This document shows, one piece after another, positions 14,357 to 30,067 of a DNA stretch of 64,000 nt. The position numbers and the translations under genes are program-made. Each line of letters starts with the position of its first letter. Position 1 is the stretch's first letter. Location of the stretch: assembly GCA_964016885.1 (NCBI GenBank), contig OZ024747.1, forward strand, positions 65,162,001 to 65,226,000. Reading direction: 5' to 3'. This stretch comes from Eledone cirrhosa (lineage: Eukaryota). Below the pieces are notes generated by a model. That model searched no databases. It was not told where the DNA came from and worked only from the letters and a program-made list of their open reading frames with translations.

Positions 14357-15970
14357 TCACAGTTGAAAGAAGAATACAACACCCAGTGTCTGGTCCAAGG
14401 AAGATAGTGTGGCTACTATATATATAATAACATATATCACAGTTGAAAGAAGAACACAACACCCAGTGTCTGGTCCAAGGAAGATAGTGTGGCTACTATA
14501 TATATAATAACATATATCACAGTTGAAAGAAGAACACAACACCCAGTGTCTGGTCCAAGGAAGATAGTGTGGCTACTATATATATAATAACATATATCAC
14601 AGTTGAAAGAAGAATACAACACCCACTGTCTGGTCCAAGGAAGATATTGTGGCTACTATATATATAATAATATATATCACAGCTGAAAGAACAACACAAC
14701 ACCCAGTGTCTGGTCCAAGGAAGATATTGTGGCTACTATATATATAATAACATATATCACAGTTGAAAGAAGAACACAACACCCAGTGTCTGGTCCAAGG
14801 AAGATATTGTGGCTACTATATATATAATAACATATATCACAGTTGAAAGAAGAACACAACACCCAGTGTCTGGTCCAAGGAAGATATTGTGGCTACTATA
14901 TATATAATAACATATATCACAGTTGAAAGAAGAACACAACACCCAGTGTCTGGTCCAAGGAAGATATTGTGGCTACTATATATATAATAACATATATCAC
15001 AGTTGAAAGAAGAATACAACACCCAGTGTCTGGTCCAAGGAAGATATTGTGGCTACTATATATATAATAACATATATCACAGTTGAAAGAAGAACACAAC
15101 ACCCAGTGTCTGGTCCAAGGAAGATAGTGTGGCTACTATATATATAATAACATATATCACAGTTGAAAGAAGAACACAACACCCAGTGTCTGGTCCAAGG
15201 AAGATATTGTGGCTACTATATATATAATAACATATATCACAGTTGAAAGAAGAATACAACACCCAGTGTCTGGTCCAAGGAAGATATTGTGGCTACTATA
15301 TATATAATAACATATATCACAGTTGAAAGAAGAACACAACACCCAGTGTCTGGTCCAAGGAAGATAGTGTGGCTACTATATATATAATAACATATATCAC
15401 AGTTGAAAGAAGAACACAACACCCAGTGTCTGGTCCAAGGAAGATATTGTGGCTACTATATATATAATAACATATATCACAGTTGAAAGAAGAACACAAC
15501 ACCCAGTGTCTGGTCCAAGGAAGATAGTGTGGCTACTATATATATAATAACATATATCACAGGTGAAAGAAGAATACAACACCCAGTGTTTGGTCCAAGG
15601 AAGATATTGTGGCTACTATATATATAATAACATATATCACAGTTGAAAGAAGAACACAACACCCAGTGTCTGGTCCAAGGAAGATAGTGTGGCTACTATA
15701 TATATAATAACATATATCACAGGTGAAAGAAGAATACAACACCCAGTGTCTGGTCCAAGGAAGATATTGTGGCTACTATATATATAATAACATATATCAC
15801 AGTTGAAAGAAGAACACAACACCCAGTGTCTGGTCCAAGGAAGATAGTGTGGCTACTATATATATAATAACATATATCACAGTTGAAAGAAGAACACAAC
15901 ACCCAGTGTCTGGTCCAAGGAAGATATTGTGGCTACTATATATATAATAACATATATCACAGTTGAAAGA
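14357..15970. repeat. Tandem array, ~20 x 80 bp, with degenerate flanks (about 13950-16136)
   Basis: Unit tcacagttgaaagaagaacacaacacccagtgtctggtccaaggaagatattgtggctactatatatataataacatata, with an 80-nt ORF periodicity. Confidence 0.97.
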
Positions 15971-16617
15971 ACACATCAGTGAGTGCCTGTTTGAATGAAG
16001 CCATTACTGTTAAAAACTATATCATAACATATATCATCATATATATCACAGTTCTAAGAAAACCTCAACACCCAATGTCTGGCCCTAGGAAGATATTACA
16101 GTTACAAACTATATTATGATATACCACAATTGAAAGGGTGTAAGCAATAAACATTGAGAAAGTAATAATGTAAAATTTATACCTTCACACAAATCTAAAA
16201 TATTTAAAGATGATAGAATATTTTACAGTAATTTCCTTATTGATGCATTGTAAAGATCATACTTAAATTTCTTTAGAATGTAAATTTAAGAAATAAAAGT
16301 ACCATTTCTTTCTGTAGAATATTGGTTCCAAAGATATGTATTCTTAAAGCTGTTTCATTTGAAGTTATTCTATCTATTGCTGAACAATTGTTGAGGCAAT
16401 GACATTCCTTTGTAGCAAGATATTGCTACTAAGATGTAAATACATGTTATTGATGTAGAAAATATTAATAGCAGGTGTGAGAGATTGTTTGTTGCACAAA
16501 TCTTTAGTGGCTCAATAGTGATCATGTGATCATGTGATCAGAGGATAGAAACCACAATTCTATCTACAATATGTAAACGGCTTCAAAGAATTGTTCTTGG
16601 TGCATTCTTTTATACAT

Positions 16618-16648
<31 letters not shown>

Positions 16649-16743
16649 TTACATACATTGCATACACACACACAAACATTACATACACACACACACACAC
16701 ATTACATACATACACACACAAAAGCATATATATATATATATAT

Positions 16744-16774
<31 letters not shown>

Positions 16775-17401
16775 TGTCCATTTTTTCATACTGGCATGGG
16801 TTAGATGAGTCAACACAAACCAAGTCAGTTTTTAATTGGAGTTACTCTGCTCCTAGACAGACAAGATAGAGGGATGTCTCACTTACATTCCAGTTTTATC
16901 ATGGCTTATATGGCTAGATACCTTTCCTACCACCAACCACTTTATTGAACGCACCGGATGCATCTTATTGTGAAACCAGCACTAGGGAGGGTATCATGTC
17001 CTTGACACAACTGAAGTATCCTTTCAACTCTTTGTTGCACTGAGTAGTGTAGTGCCATCTTCAGCGCATGGCATTATATTACATATTGCACTGGTTAACT
17101 GTAAATAATGGAAACCATGAGGAGCTGGATGTTAATACCGCAATAATCCAGTATCTCATTCAAAAGTAAGTCTTGTACTCTCAGTTGCTCAACACTACAT
17201 GAATCTGGAATAATCTCTAGTCTGATGAATTTCTGAGTTTGATCCAGATTTTAACTTATTTCTTTTAACAAGTGCTGGGCTCAATTTAATAGTTCTCTAA
17301 ATATCTAAATATGAATGGAATCATAACAAAAACTAAGTCTAACACCTTAAAAAATAGCATAATTTGGGAATATATCTTGGAAAATTTATTCAATAACTTA
17401 C

Positions 17402-17545
17402 ATGCTCATCTGCTTTGTTTCTTAGTTCCCATTCCAAAGTTGCATTCCGTAAAGGACTATGGTTGTTTGCAAACAAAATCTGTTTTTTCATTGTGAAGAG
17501 AGGGATGTTGCCAAGGGCGATTTTTTCATGGGATAAAAACACAAT
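17402..17545 (-). CDS. CFAP65: CFAP65-like exon D (IVFLSHEKIALGNIPLFTMKKQILFANNHSPLRNATLEWELRNKADEH)
   Basis: ttaacag|ATT...CAT|gtaagt, 144 nt. Resembles recalled VFLSQSHISLGNIP...LFLNN...W. Confidence 0.88.
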
Positions 17546-18086
17546 CTGTTAAAGTAAAACCAAGAAATAGTTGAATTTATATTTATAATAACAAACTGTT
17601 AAGAAACATATTATATATTTATTTTATACATTCATTGAATCATGAATATTGAGTAACTAGGCAAATCAATCCAAGTTTACGTGAGGTATTACTTCAAGTG
17701 GGTGTAGTCATTGCTGTGGGTTCTTTAGCATGATCTATTTTACTCTGGAGATTAACCCTTCAATATATTTTAGAAGTCTAATCAGTTGCTATTCAACTTT
17801 TAGTATCTACAACACTGAACAGATGAGAGACAAATAAGCCTTTAATAGAATCTAAGACTAGCACAAAGGTTCTGATAACTATACCTTACAGCTAGGTGAA
17901 TGGACTGTTCCATCTAAGGACAGCTGTGTCGTTAAGAAGTTTGCTTCACAATCAAGCAATTCCATGTTCCTTTACACTACATCCAACAATGAGTAGTAGA
18001 TGTCTCCTATGATAGATACAAGTTAACCCAAGTTTAGTGGGTAAACGTTTTAGATGAAACTGTAGTAATCTATTGAATGGATTACA

Positions 18087-18350
18087 CCTGCTGGTGGATT
18101 GTAAAATTAAACCACAACTTGGTTTAACATAACTACCTATACAAACCTGTAGTTTGTAGAATTAAGTCATCACTTGGTTTAACACAGCCACCTATACCAG
18201 TTTGTGGGTTGTAGAATTAAACCATCCCTTGATTTAATAGTAACAAGTACACCAGCCTGTGGGTTGTAGAATTAAACCATCACTTGATTTAATACAACCA
18301 CCTATACTAGCATGTTGGTTGTAGAATTAAACTTGATTTAACATAACTAC
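18087..18350. repeat. Diverged minisatellite, ~5 x 55 bp
   Basis: Units containing ttgtagaattaa...cttg(g/a)tttaa start at about 18146, 18201, 18256 and 18311. Confidence 0.85.
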
Positions 18351-21300
18351 TCAGTTTGTTGATGTGTTTAACAGAGTCCATTAGGTTGTAAACACTAAGA
18401 CTAGTAAAAAGTAAAGACTAAGGATAGTTCTTATTCTCTTTCCATCCACTAGTCTCAGAAGCAATGAAAAAACACATGGTGTGATTGTTTAATTTCAAAG
18501 GTTTCTATTTAATTGTGTTGGATTAGTTTTTACAAATAAAAAAGACTTAAATAAAATTAGAAAAAATTTAATTCCACAATCATTCAGCATTAAATAATGT
18601 AAAAATGTAAAAATAAAAATGTAAAAATGTAAAAATAAAAATGTAAAAATGTTATTTACCAGACACCATTAAAGTACTAATTATACTACCAGCACAGTTA
18701 ATTAAGAAAACTCATTTGAAAACATACAATGTATTCAGTAAATTAGCAAAATATACCAAAAACATACTTTTCCTAAGGAAAACAAGTCTATGTTTAGTTT
18801 CATAGAACAATAAAAATTTACAATGAAACTTAGAATAGTTTATAAAAAAATTTAAGTTAAAACTTTCAATAAAAACTAACATAGTTTAACTCTTTCATAA
18901 CTATATTTCTAATTAAATACACTCTATTTCCATTAATTTATAAAGAATTTTCAGGGATTTACTAAAATCATTAATTATTTCATTACTAAGATAGAAACTT
19001 AATGTAAGGTTCTCATATAAAATTATGTTAGAAGATTTTTTTATTTAAATTGGAAACCTTTAAAATGGGTGGTTTTATTTCATAGAACCAGAACTGGTTT
19101 TGACCGAGTTGGTAACTAAAGAGTTCACCTTTTTATGACTGCATTTCTATGAAATACATTCTATTTCAATCAATTTATGAAGAATTTTGAGTGATTTACT
19201 AAAATTATTAATTATCTCATTATTAACATGGTAACTTAATGTAAGGTTCTTATATGAAATTATGTTGGAAATGGGTGGGTTTATTTCATAGAACCAGAGC
19301 CAGTTTTGGCCAGGCTGGTAACTAAAGGGTTAAAGATTTTAAAGATTCAGTTATACCTAACATAGTTTAAAGGTTTTAATGTTAAAAGATAAAATGATCC
19401 TTAATTGTTCCACATAAGCAGTCCATTACTTTTATAAAGATGTTGAAGAGGTATGAAAGTTGAATTTCTGAATTTTGAATCACTGAAATACACATTAATT
19501 TAGCATTTTCCTTTCCCAGGGAACTAAAGATTTATGGATGTTGAGTCATTGTATTATATATATTATTTAAAGAGTTCAGGTGACATAGTTGGTTGCCAGC
19601 TGAATTAGTTATAGAAATATAAAAGATATACTAAAGTGAAAACCAAACCAAACATTGAGTGTGTTTTACTATATATTTCTGGCAATATTATAACAACATG
19701 ACCCTCTCCAAATATAACAATTAAAAAGTTTGGTGCCCCCATGAATTACTATGTTTCTCTGGAGGACTGTAACACCTCAAACATAAGAAGAAATAAGTTT
19801 GTATCAATTGTTATATCCACTGCAGGATCATTGAAAAAGTGTTCAGCAATTAAATTTATGGGTGCACCTGGCACATGACACAGCAAGAGAAAATTTAAGG
19901 ACAATAAATCTTAATTAATTAAAATATTTATTGGCATAATTATATTGTAGTGCTATAAAAACTAATTATGACACACCAGGGAAGAATCAATTTAGTAATC
20001 CAACAAACATGTAAAATCTGTTATATTCACATAATATTTATGTTGTTGTGCATTGGCAGTATCGGTAGAGTGTCAGACACCATGCTTTGCAGCATAGAGT
20101 AATGGCCATTTACGTTCTGAGTTCAAATCCTGCCGAGGTTAACTTTGCCTTTCATCCCTACGGGGGTCGATACAATAAAGCACCAGTAATGCACTGGGGT
20201 AACTGCTGGCTTTGTGCCAAAAGTAGAAACAATTATATTTATATTATTGTGTCAAAACTACTGTCACACTCTTTGTGACATAATTCCATTGCTAAATGAC
20301 ATTATTATAAGTGGTGTAAATAGCAATGGAACTAGTTAGAGGTAGGTTTGGGACAGGGAATATCCCCAGCCAGGCAAGATAATTTGGTAGCCATGTGTCA
20401 GAAAAATTAGGGTTTCCTTTGCCTAAGGAATTTGTTCTGAGAAAAATATGCCTCTTGAAAAGTGGAAGAGCTGTCAGTGTTCCTGCAAAACAAAACCTCG
20501 AGGAGGCCCCGTGTGTGGGGTAATATGGTCACCATCAACTGCAGCAGGATATACCGCCATAATTCAAATAAGGCATTTTTTTAAAGATTTGAAGTGTGTA
20601 TACATTTTTAGGGACACCCTGTATATAAATATATATACACACACACACTCATATATATGATCATCTTTTTTATGTGTTTCTCCATTATAGCATGGGTTGG
20701 ATGAGTCTTTTCCAGCACAGCTTCCCTCACTCACAAGCATGATATATATATATATAAAAGTCATTATGTATTTGCACTTCTTGTTCTCCATATCTACCAA
20801 ACTCTAATATATAAATAAATTTTCTAAGCAAATCAATTAATATATAAATATTTTAAAGTAGACTGATGCCAAAGTCAGAAGGTCAATCTATAAAGATTAG
20901 ATGAATCACCAAATTGTTTGATGCAAGACTGAGAAGAGCTTTTAGAAATCTCTTTCTCTACATCTATAGAATGGCAGAACCAATAGGAGAAGCAACTCTG
21001 CTGTGGATGAAATATTTGAAAAGTTAACATAAAACCAAACTACTTATACACATAGAATATTGAATCTTGCTAAGAAGTATATTTTAAAACTGGTTGATTT
21101 GTGAGGAGAGAGCTGGGTGGTAGGCAGTGGGCAGTGGACTGTGGAGTGGTGGCAGAATTAATGCAGGTTTTAAAAATGTCTTCAGCTGTATTTATAATCA
21201 GGCAAGATATATTGCAGGAATTCATAACCTGCTAGCTCTGCTTCTCCAGCCGTTAAGACCACTACTAACGTTTGAGCAATCACTGACCGGCTACATACAT

Positions 21301-23021
21301 TTTCAAGATAAATGGTGGCAGACGTGATGGTGGTGGGCGTGGAGGTGGGTGTAGTAGTGGTAATGGTGATGATGGTGGTGGAGAGGTGGAAGTTGCAGTG
21401 AGGATGATGGGGAAAGTGAAGGTGAAGGAGAAAGACTATAAAATAAAAGTTACAATAAACTTTCGGACAATTTCCCATTATATCTCAATATATAACACAA
21501 CATTCAATGAATTTCTTATTGATCAGATATTGATCAGTGATTGGTTATACAAACAAAGATAAACTTACTGTACTGATACTTATTTGTGGCCCTCCGTCAG
21601 TTACGACAACAAGTGTTCCAATTGATCAATTGATACGATCAACAGAACAACCTGCCTGTAAAGTTAACATGCAAGTGACTGAGCATTCCACAGACATACA
21701 TATCCTTAACATACTTCTCACGGAGATTCAGCATGACACAGAATGTGACAAGGCTGGCCCTTCGAATTACAGGTACAGCTCATTTATGCTAACTGAGTGG
21801 ACTAGAGCAATGTGAAATAAAGTTCTTTGCTCAAGGACACAACACACTGCCGGGAATCGAACTCACAACCTTATGATCGTGAACCAAATACCCTAACCAC
21901 AAAGCTATGCGCCTTCACTGTACTCATACTAAATCTAATAGTAATGGACAGACATAAAAGTGTACTTAATAAGTTTGCTTCTGAACTATGTGCTTCGGGA
22001 TCCTATCCTATTGTGACTGCACAGTACCATGAGTATCATGACTTCAGTTTAATCAATATGTTGTTTAACCCTCCCAATAGCAATCCAACCAAAGCCAGCT
22101 CAGGTTCTATGAAAAATAACCACAGATTTAAAGGGATTACTATCTAAATTAAAAATTTTCAGCATAATTTTTATATAAGAACCATATATAAAGTTAATAT
22201 TTTAGTAATACAATAATTAATAATTTTAATAAATCCCTCAAAATTCTTCATTAATAAATTCAAATATGGTGTATTTCAAAATAAATATGATCACAAAAGG
22301 GTTAAATGATATTTGCTACACAGAATTTTCATGGAACTCATAGGAGAAGCTGTTCCATTATTGTGTGGTACACATAATCCATCTCTGGTTGAATTCAACC
22401 AAATGGTTCTTCAGTGAATTTTATCACAAGAAAAGATCTAATGAATTTTAAATTTATTACATATTCCACTATGAGAAGTGTTCGGCACAACCAACTATCT
22501 TGTCCCTCCTCATAACAGTACCATTCAGTCCAACACTATAAATGTGGTTGGTGTTAGGAAGGGCATCCAGTTGTAAAAAACCCAGCCAAATTTACAGTCT
22601 CATCAAAGTATGGTCAATCCTGGCCAGACTTGTCTCTCGGCACGGATGACCCATCTGACCCATGCAAGTATGGCAAAATGGACAGAAAAATGGTGATTAT
22701 AATGATAATGACCATCATCACCATTTTTATGTCCACTTATACATGCTGGCATAGCTTGAAACGAATGTTTTGAGACAATGTTTTTGCAGCCAGATTCCTT
22801 TCCTGATGCCAACCATTTTAGTTGTCTCTTATAACATGCAAAGATAAGGTGTACCTGTTGCAAAAACCAGAATACACATGACAACATATATATCACATAT
22901 AACTTCAACTGTCCAAAAACGTTAATGGATATTTTTTTCTTTTTATTCTTTTTATTTACTAGTTTCAGTTATTCAACTGGTTCCATGCTGATAAATTGAA
23001 TTTTAGGTTTTCTTGTACTTA

Positions 23022-23210
23022 AAGTACTTATTGATTCAAGAACTTATTGATTCAAGTATTTATAAATTCAATTACTTATTGATTCAAGTACTTATAAATT
23101 TAATTACTTATTGATTCAATTACTTATTGATTCAAGTACCTATTGATTCAAGTACTTATTGATTCAAGTAGTTATTGATTTAATTATTTATTGAGTAGTT
23201 ATTGATTTAA
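23022..23210. repeat. ~16-bp minisatellite (aagtacttattgattc)n
   Basis: Read directly. Confidence 0.85.
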
Positions 23211-23371
23211 ATGTTTCTTTTATAAACATTTCTATTATAAACGTTTCTTTTATAAAATCAAGACTGGAAGTTTTGATTTAAATATGAATACTTTAAAACA
23301 AACAGTTTTCTGTCATATTAGGACCAAGGGTGGTTTCAAACAGTTACACCAAGAAGTAGAGCTTCACTTAC

Positions 23372-23527
23372 CTGATCAGGTAATTTAATCAACTGTTTAC
23401 CAGGGGTTAAATCATCACATATATATGAGTAGGGTTTTGTGCTCCCCATCGTATTCAGATCATAGCCTATACCAACAAAATTCACCAGAACCGTTTCTCC
23501 ACCCTTTATGTAAATCGGTACATGGAC
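23372..23527 (-). CDS. CFAP65: CFAP65-like exon C (VHVPIYIKGGETVLVNFVGIGYDLNTMGSTKPYSYICDDLTPGKQLIKLPDQ)
   Basis: ttctag|GTC...CAG|gtaagt, 156 nt, no stops. Resembles recalled VDVPIHI...FQGVGY...VPGQ. Confidence 0.88.
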
Positions 23528-24199
23528 CTAGAATAAAATACAAGAAACAGACCTTCATTATCATATGTAGAATGTTACATGAACCTAGAATCAAACACAA
23601 AAAAAAAGTTCTTTTTCTTTTTTCTTCTTCTTCTTCTTCTTCTTCTTCTTCTTCTTCTTCTTCTTCTCCCCCTCCTCCACACCCACTTATTCCTGAGAGG
23701 GTTGTGGGGGTAGAGTCCTCAAACACTCCTTCCAGCAGGTCCTGTCAGAAGCAACCATATCCAGTGATAACAGCCAAAGCTTATGGCTGTTATCCAACCA
23801 TCTTACCTGGAGTCTACTCTTGGGCCTCTTGCCAGTTGCTTTTGCCTATAAACTCTGTCCAGCAATTCTTTCCTGAGACATTCAAACCCCATGCCCACAG
23901 TATCGGATCTGTGATATCCAAATAATACTAACAGAAAAGTTTCTTCACTATATTAATTTCCAATATTTCTGACATATTGAAAAATAAACTTTACTGTATT
24001 TTTATCCATGGCTGCAAATTGAATTTATTATTCAAATTTTCAAAAGGTTATTTCCATATCTGATGGACAGTAATGAGGTAAATACTAGTTAACAATGAAA
24101 ATAGCAATGATTCACTTCTCTATCTCTCTCTCCCTCACACACATACATACACATTACAACCCTACTCCCTCGATTTGTTTTCTCTCTCTCTCACACACA

Positions 24200-24249
<50 letters not shown>

Positions 24250-24326
24250 ACCCCACTCCATTTTTTTTACAACTTCTTTCTCACAACATCCACCACATCA
24301 ACACACTCTCTCCCCATCAGCCCAGC

Positions 24327-25444
<1,118 letters not shown>

Positions 25445-25864
25445 ACATACATACAATATAGCAGTATATTATTTCTTCAATATACCCTCCAACAAAACTA
25501 ATCATTCCTGATCTCTGTCCCTATCTTCCTTCTCATTTAATCTTTAGTCATTTTTCCTATTCTGTGTAAATGTTTCATTTGTGAAAACTAATTCACTAAT
25601 TCATACTTTGCCGATCAACTGCCTCGGGGCAGTGAAACAAGTTATAACTTAGAAGACTTTGTGCCAATAAATATTTATATTCTACATACTAGATGTACTG
25701 AATATTCTTTATAGTTATGGATAACTTCATTACTTGATTAAGTAAACAAATAATATGTAAATATACATACAAACATAAATACATAAACACACACACACAC
25801 ATATATATATATATACACATACATATATATATGCATATATATATATATATATATGCACATATAC

Positions 25865-25913
<49 letters not shown>

Positions 25914-26063
25914 TATACATATGTATGTATATATTTATATATATATATATATATGCACATATACATATGTATGTATATATTTATATATATATATATATAT
26001 ATATGCACATATACATAGATATGTATATATATATATATATATATATGCACATATACATATATA

Positions 26064-26417
26064 TCATCATCATCATCATCATCATCGTTTAACGTCCATA
26101 TTCCACGCTTGCATGGGTTTGGACGGGAGTTTTCCCACTTGAGGCAAGAGTGGTTGTCTTGCTCATATAGGACTGACTGGCAGGTTTTCTAAGGCTGGAT
26201 GCCCTTCCTAACACCAACCACATTTACAGTGTGGAACTGGGAGGTTTTTACCGTGTTACCTACACGGCCACATTACAGCGTGGACTGTGTGTTTTTGTCG
26301 TGGCACCTACACGACCTCATTTGTTTCGGCTTGGATGTTGTGGCACCAACATAACTTTACATTGAAAGGGGTGGTGTGGATGGGGTGTATTTTGTTAGAG
26401 GTGCCTACTGACTGTAG

Positions 26418-26418
<1 letters not shown>
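26064..26418 (-). mobile_element. RTE 3' UTR fragment (single 112-bp unit)
   Basis: Collinear with 3816-5425. Confidence 0.85.
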
Positions 26419-26449
<31 letters not shown>

Positions 26450-26501
26450 TATACATCATCATCATCATCATTTTACGTCCGCTTTTCCCTGTTTGCAAGG
26501 G

Positions 26502-26556
<55 letters not shown>

Positions 26557-26783
26557 TATACATATATATGTATATATATATATATATATATGCACATATA
26601 CATATACATATATGGATAGGAAAAACTTAAACCGTTAAGATCTCATTCCTGGATATGTCAATATTTATAAAACAAACTTTGTATTTTATCTGATGAGAGC
26701 GTACCAAAGTTTTTGTACCCTTGAAATATATATAATAGAATAAATATGGTTTTATAAATATAGTTTCCATTTATTAATATCAT

Positions 26784-26897
<114 letters not shown>

Positions 26898-27487
26898 GGA
26901 TTCCTCCATTTCTTCTATTTCAACAGTCACAATCACTCAGCAAATGTCAATCTAACACAGACCTCACCAATGTCAATAAACCACCAAGAGGTGTTTGTAA
27001 GAATTAAATCTCTTTATGTTATAAATGAGAAATTGGGGTACTTCATATATTCTAGATAGCGTTTCACCAAAGAAGAGGAGACATAAGTGAGCTAGATACA
27101 TCTCCTTTAAATTATAGAGCTTCATCTACTTGAGTGAAAGGTGAAATGTAAAAAGAATCTATAGAAAGACAGAAAGTAAAGTGGAAAGGAAGACGTTTCT
27201 CCAAGTATCAGTTCAATGAAGATGAAAACTATATCTTAGAAAACTATAGAATTCTTTATTGATTTTCTTCATTTCCTATTCATCACTTCCAGTGAGTTCT
27301 CAGATAGATTTCTAAGACATACAAGGTTGTAGTTACTTAGAATAATTTCCATAAGTCTATATCCAGTTGACCATTAAAAAGCAATGACAACATCCACTTT
27401 CTTCATACAGATTTTTGATGGCTAAATAAACCTATTCTGGACTAACAAGATCTATTACAGGCAAGGAATGCATGTGTGAGTGCTAAC

Positions 27488-27747
27488 CAGGGCCAGATTT
27501 AATGGGAGGGGGCACCAGCGATGGCTGATCAATTTATTTGTCCCCTTTGCTGGGCTTTTTAATTTTAGGATGGTTAGATTGTTTTTAATTTAATAACTGT
27601 ATGTATAACTTTTCAATTCCAATTACTTGTACCAAGCTGATTTTGATATGTAAAATTAGGGGTTTACTGTGTATCTAATTTTTTGTGTATGAGGGTCCCA
27701 CCAAACTTGAAGTGCCCTGGGTCCCCCAAGGTCTAAATCCAGCCCAG
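27488..27747. mobile_element. hAT-type MITE
   Basis: Imperfect TIR cagggccagattta/taaatccagcccag and 8-bp TSD GTGCTAAC/GTGCTACC. Confidence 0.65.
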
Positions 27748-27872
27748 GTGCTACCTCTTTGATACTAGCCTGACCAAAACCAGCTCTGGTTATATAAAAC
27801 ACCACCCCCCTTTTTAAAGAGTTCCTATTTAAATTAAAATCTTTCTACATAATTTTATATAAGAACCATATG

Positions 27873-28090
27873 TTAACCCTTTACATTACTCTATATATAC
27901 TATATTTTCATGGTAAAGGCTTTACCTCACATAATTATCTCACATAATATTGAATCTATGAGATTTTGATATTATTTATTTTGAGAACAATACCTTAACA
28001 TCAATATGAGAGGTTGGTAGAGCCAGTTTGAACAGAAAGAGGTAATAGAATTCTGGCCAAATACTGTCAGTTTAAATGCTAAAGGGTTAA
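27873..28090. mobile_element. piggyBac-type MITE nested in a second MITE
   Basis: TTAA TSD at 27873-76 and 28087-90. The host MITE (about 27770-28195) resumes collinearly. Confidence 0.75.
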
Positions 28091-29656
28091 GTTACTATTC
28101 TAGTAATGAACAATTCTAGTAAATCCCTCAAAATTCTTCACTAATTAAGTGAAATAGAGAGTATTCCTTTAGAAATATGGTTTACACAAAGTTAAGGCTA
28201 ATGTATATGTGAGGATTAAGTTAAAGTTTGTCCTAATACCTGAGGCTCTTATTTTGGTTTCATGACGTTAAGTACCTGTCCATTACAGTGTTAACACCTA
28301 ACTATGGCAGTGTGAACTGGTCATACAAGAAATGAAATACATTGCATAAGGATAAAACACAACACCTGGTCTAGGAAATGAATCCACAACCTTATAATGG
28401 TGATCACAACACCTTAAACACCATAGAAAATGAGGATCAGGGTCATATATGTGGTGGTGGTGGTAGGCATAGCAGTAGAAGTGTTGCTAACTATGGTTAC
28501 ATCCCACCCCAATAACTTCTACTATCTCCTAGTTGTTGTCACCCCCTATCATTATCTTTTTTACATCCACTTTTCAATACTTGTATGGGTTGGATGGATC
28601 CTTTTCAGCATCTCTCCAATCATCACATTCCTTTGTCATCTCCTCTGTGAGTTTCAGCCATTTGAGATCAGCTCTCACCACCTGTCTTACTTGGTCTACC
28701 GCTACTGCAGCTTCCTTCTACTAGGATTCCTGGCACTTATTCCTCCAGCAATCCATGCACATCACATGACCATATCAATGCAGTCTTCTCTCTTGTACAC
28801 CACTTCGGATTCCTCTTAAATCCAGTTTCTCTCTCAGTTCATCCAAGATCTGCTGTTCTCTCTCTTAAACATAGCACATACATTGAAGCATGGTTGCTTT
28901 ATTTCTCTCCAGCTTATGCATGTCCTCTGCAGTTACTGTCCATGTTTCACTACCATGCAACATTGCACTTCACACACAGGCATCATTCAATGAATTACTT
29001 GCTTGTTTTCTTAGTAACCTACTTAGATATGGGGAAATGATTCCTCTTTTCTTCAAATGCTTGGTGTAAACTCGGATGGGGATCATTTTCCGGACCCTGG
29101 AGGCATGAAAACCCTGAGTCAGTCATATTTGTAACAAAGCTGTGCCATGGAAATGTTCACCATCACCTTCATATAGACTCATACATGTGTATGTGTGAAT
29201 GACTTTTGACAAATGTATGCTTTTATAAGTATAGTTATTTACTTTTTATAATTATTTACTAACATAATTATTATTTTCCATTTTTTATAATTTTCATAAT
29301 TACTTTTATAATTATTTTCCATAATTATTTAGTATTATGAATTTTTAATAATTTTTTAATAATTATCTACTATTCTGTTTATTCTCCAAATTTCTACAGC
29401 AAAGAAGCTCATTAATGTCTTATATTTCACATGGATCCACCACCATGCAATGCTGATTTGAGTCAAGAACCTGAGTGGCTATCACAGCCTACAATGATGC
29501 CACCCAACCTTGTTTACCAACATTAAATGGGTGTATGATAAACTGTAATAGATAGCATCACATAACAACCATTGGCAAGACTATAGTCAGGGCCAAGCTG
29601 TATTAGCGATAACATGGCTAGCTCAGTCACCTCTGTATCATTGATTTTAGTTTAGA

Positions 29657-30067
29657 CTAGCAGAACGTTGCGCCCTTATAATATCTGTCTGTATGTCTGC
29701 TGCCTGCATTATGACATTATGACGCTATATGTGTGTGCGTATATATGCATATATATAGTGTGTATATATATATATATATATATATAGTGTGTAACGTTTT
29801 TCGAAATATTTACTTCTGCGTTCACAGATTGATTTTTTTAGTTTCAGAAGATCCCGTTAAGGGCGAAAGCAGCGATTCTTTGCTTAAACTTTAATCTATA
29901 ATTTTAATATATATATAATTATATATTCGTGTACAGATATTTTTGCATACACAATAACAAAATATAAACAAACGTATTTATTTCACGAGGCTCGATAAGG
30001 ATAAATATATATCAAATATATAAGAACCCTAGAGAAAATCCCGAGCAATGCCAGGCCATTCTGCTAG
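29657..30067 (+). mobile_element. Partial Helitron family 2 copy
   Basis: Reverse-complement homology to 10670-11310, ending in hairpin plus CTAG|T. Confidence 0.75.

Noticed and set aside
14357-15970. CRISPR-like regular array and repeated 61-aa ORFs
   Set aside because: Whole units are near-identical with no unique spacers, there are no cas genes, and the context is a eukaryotic intron. The ORFs are a periodicity artefact.
23425-23925. 166-aa plus-strand ORF and poly-E minus ORF
   Set aside because: Antisense to exon C plus a (CTT)n tract, with no coherent product.
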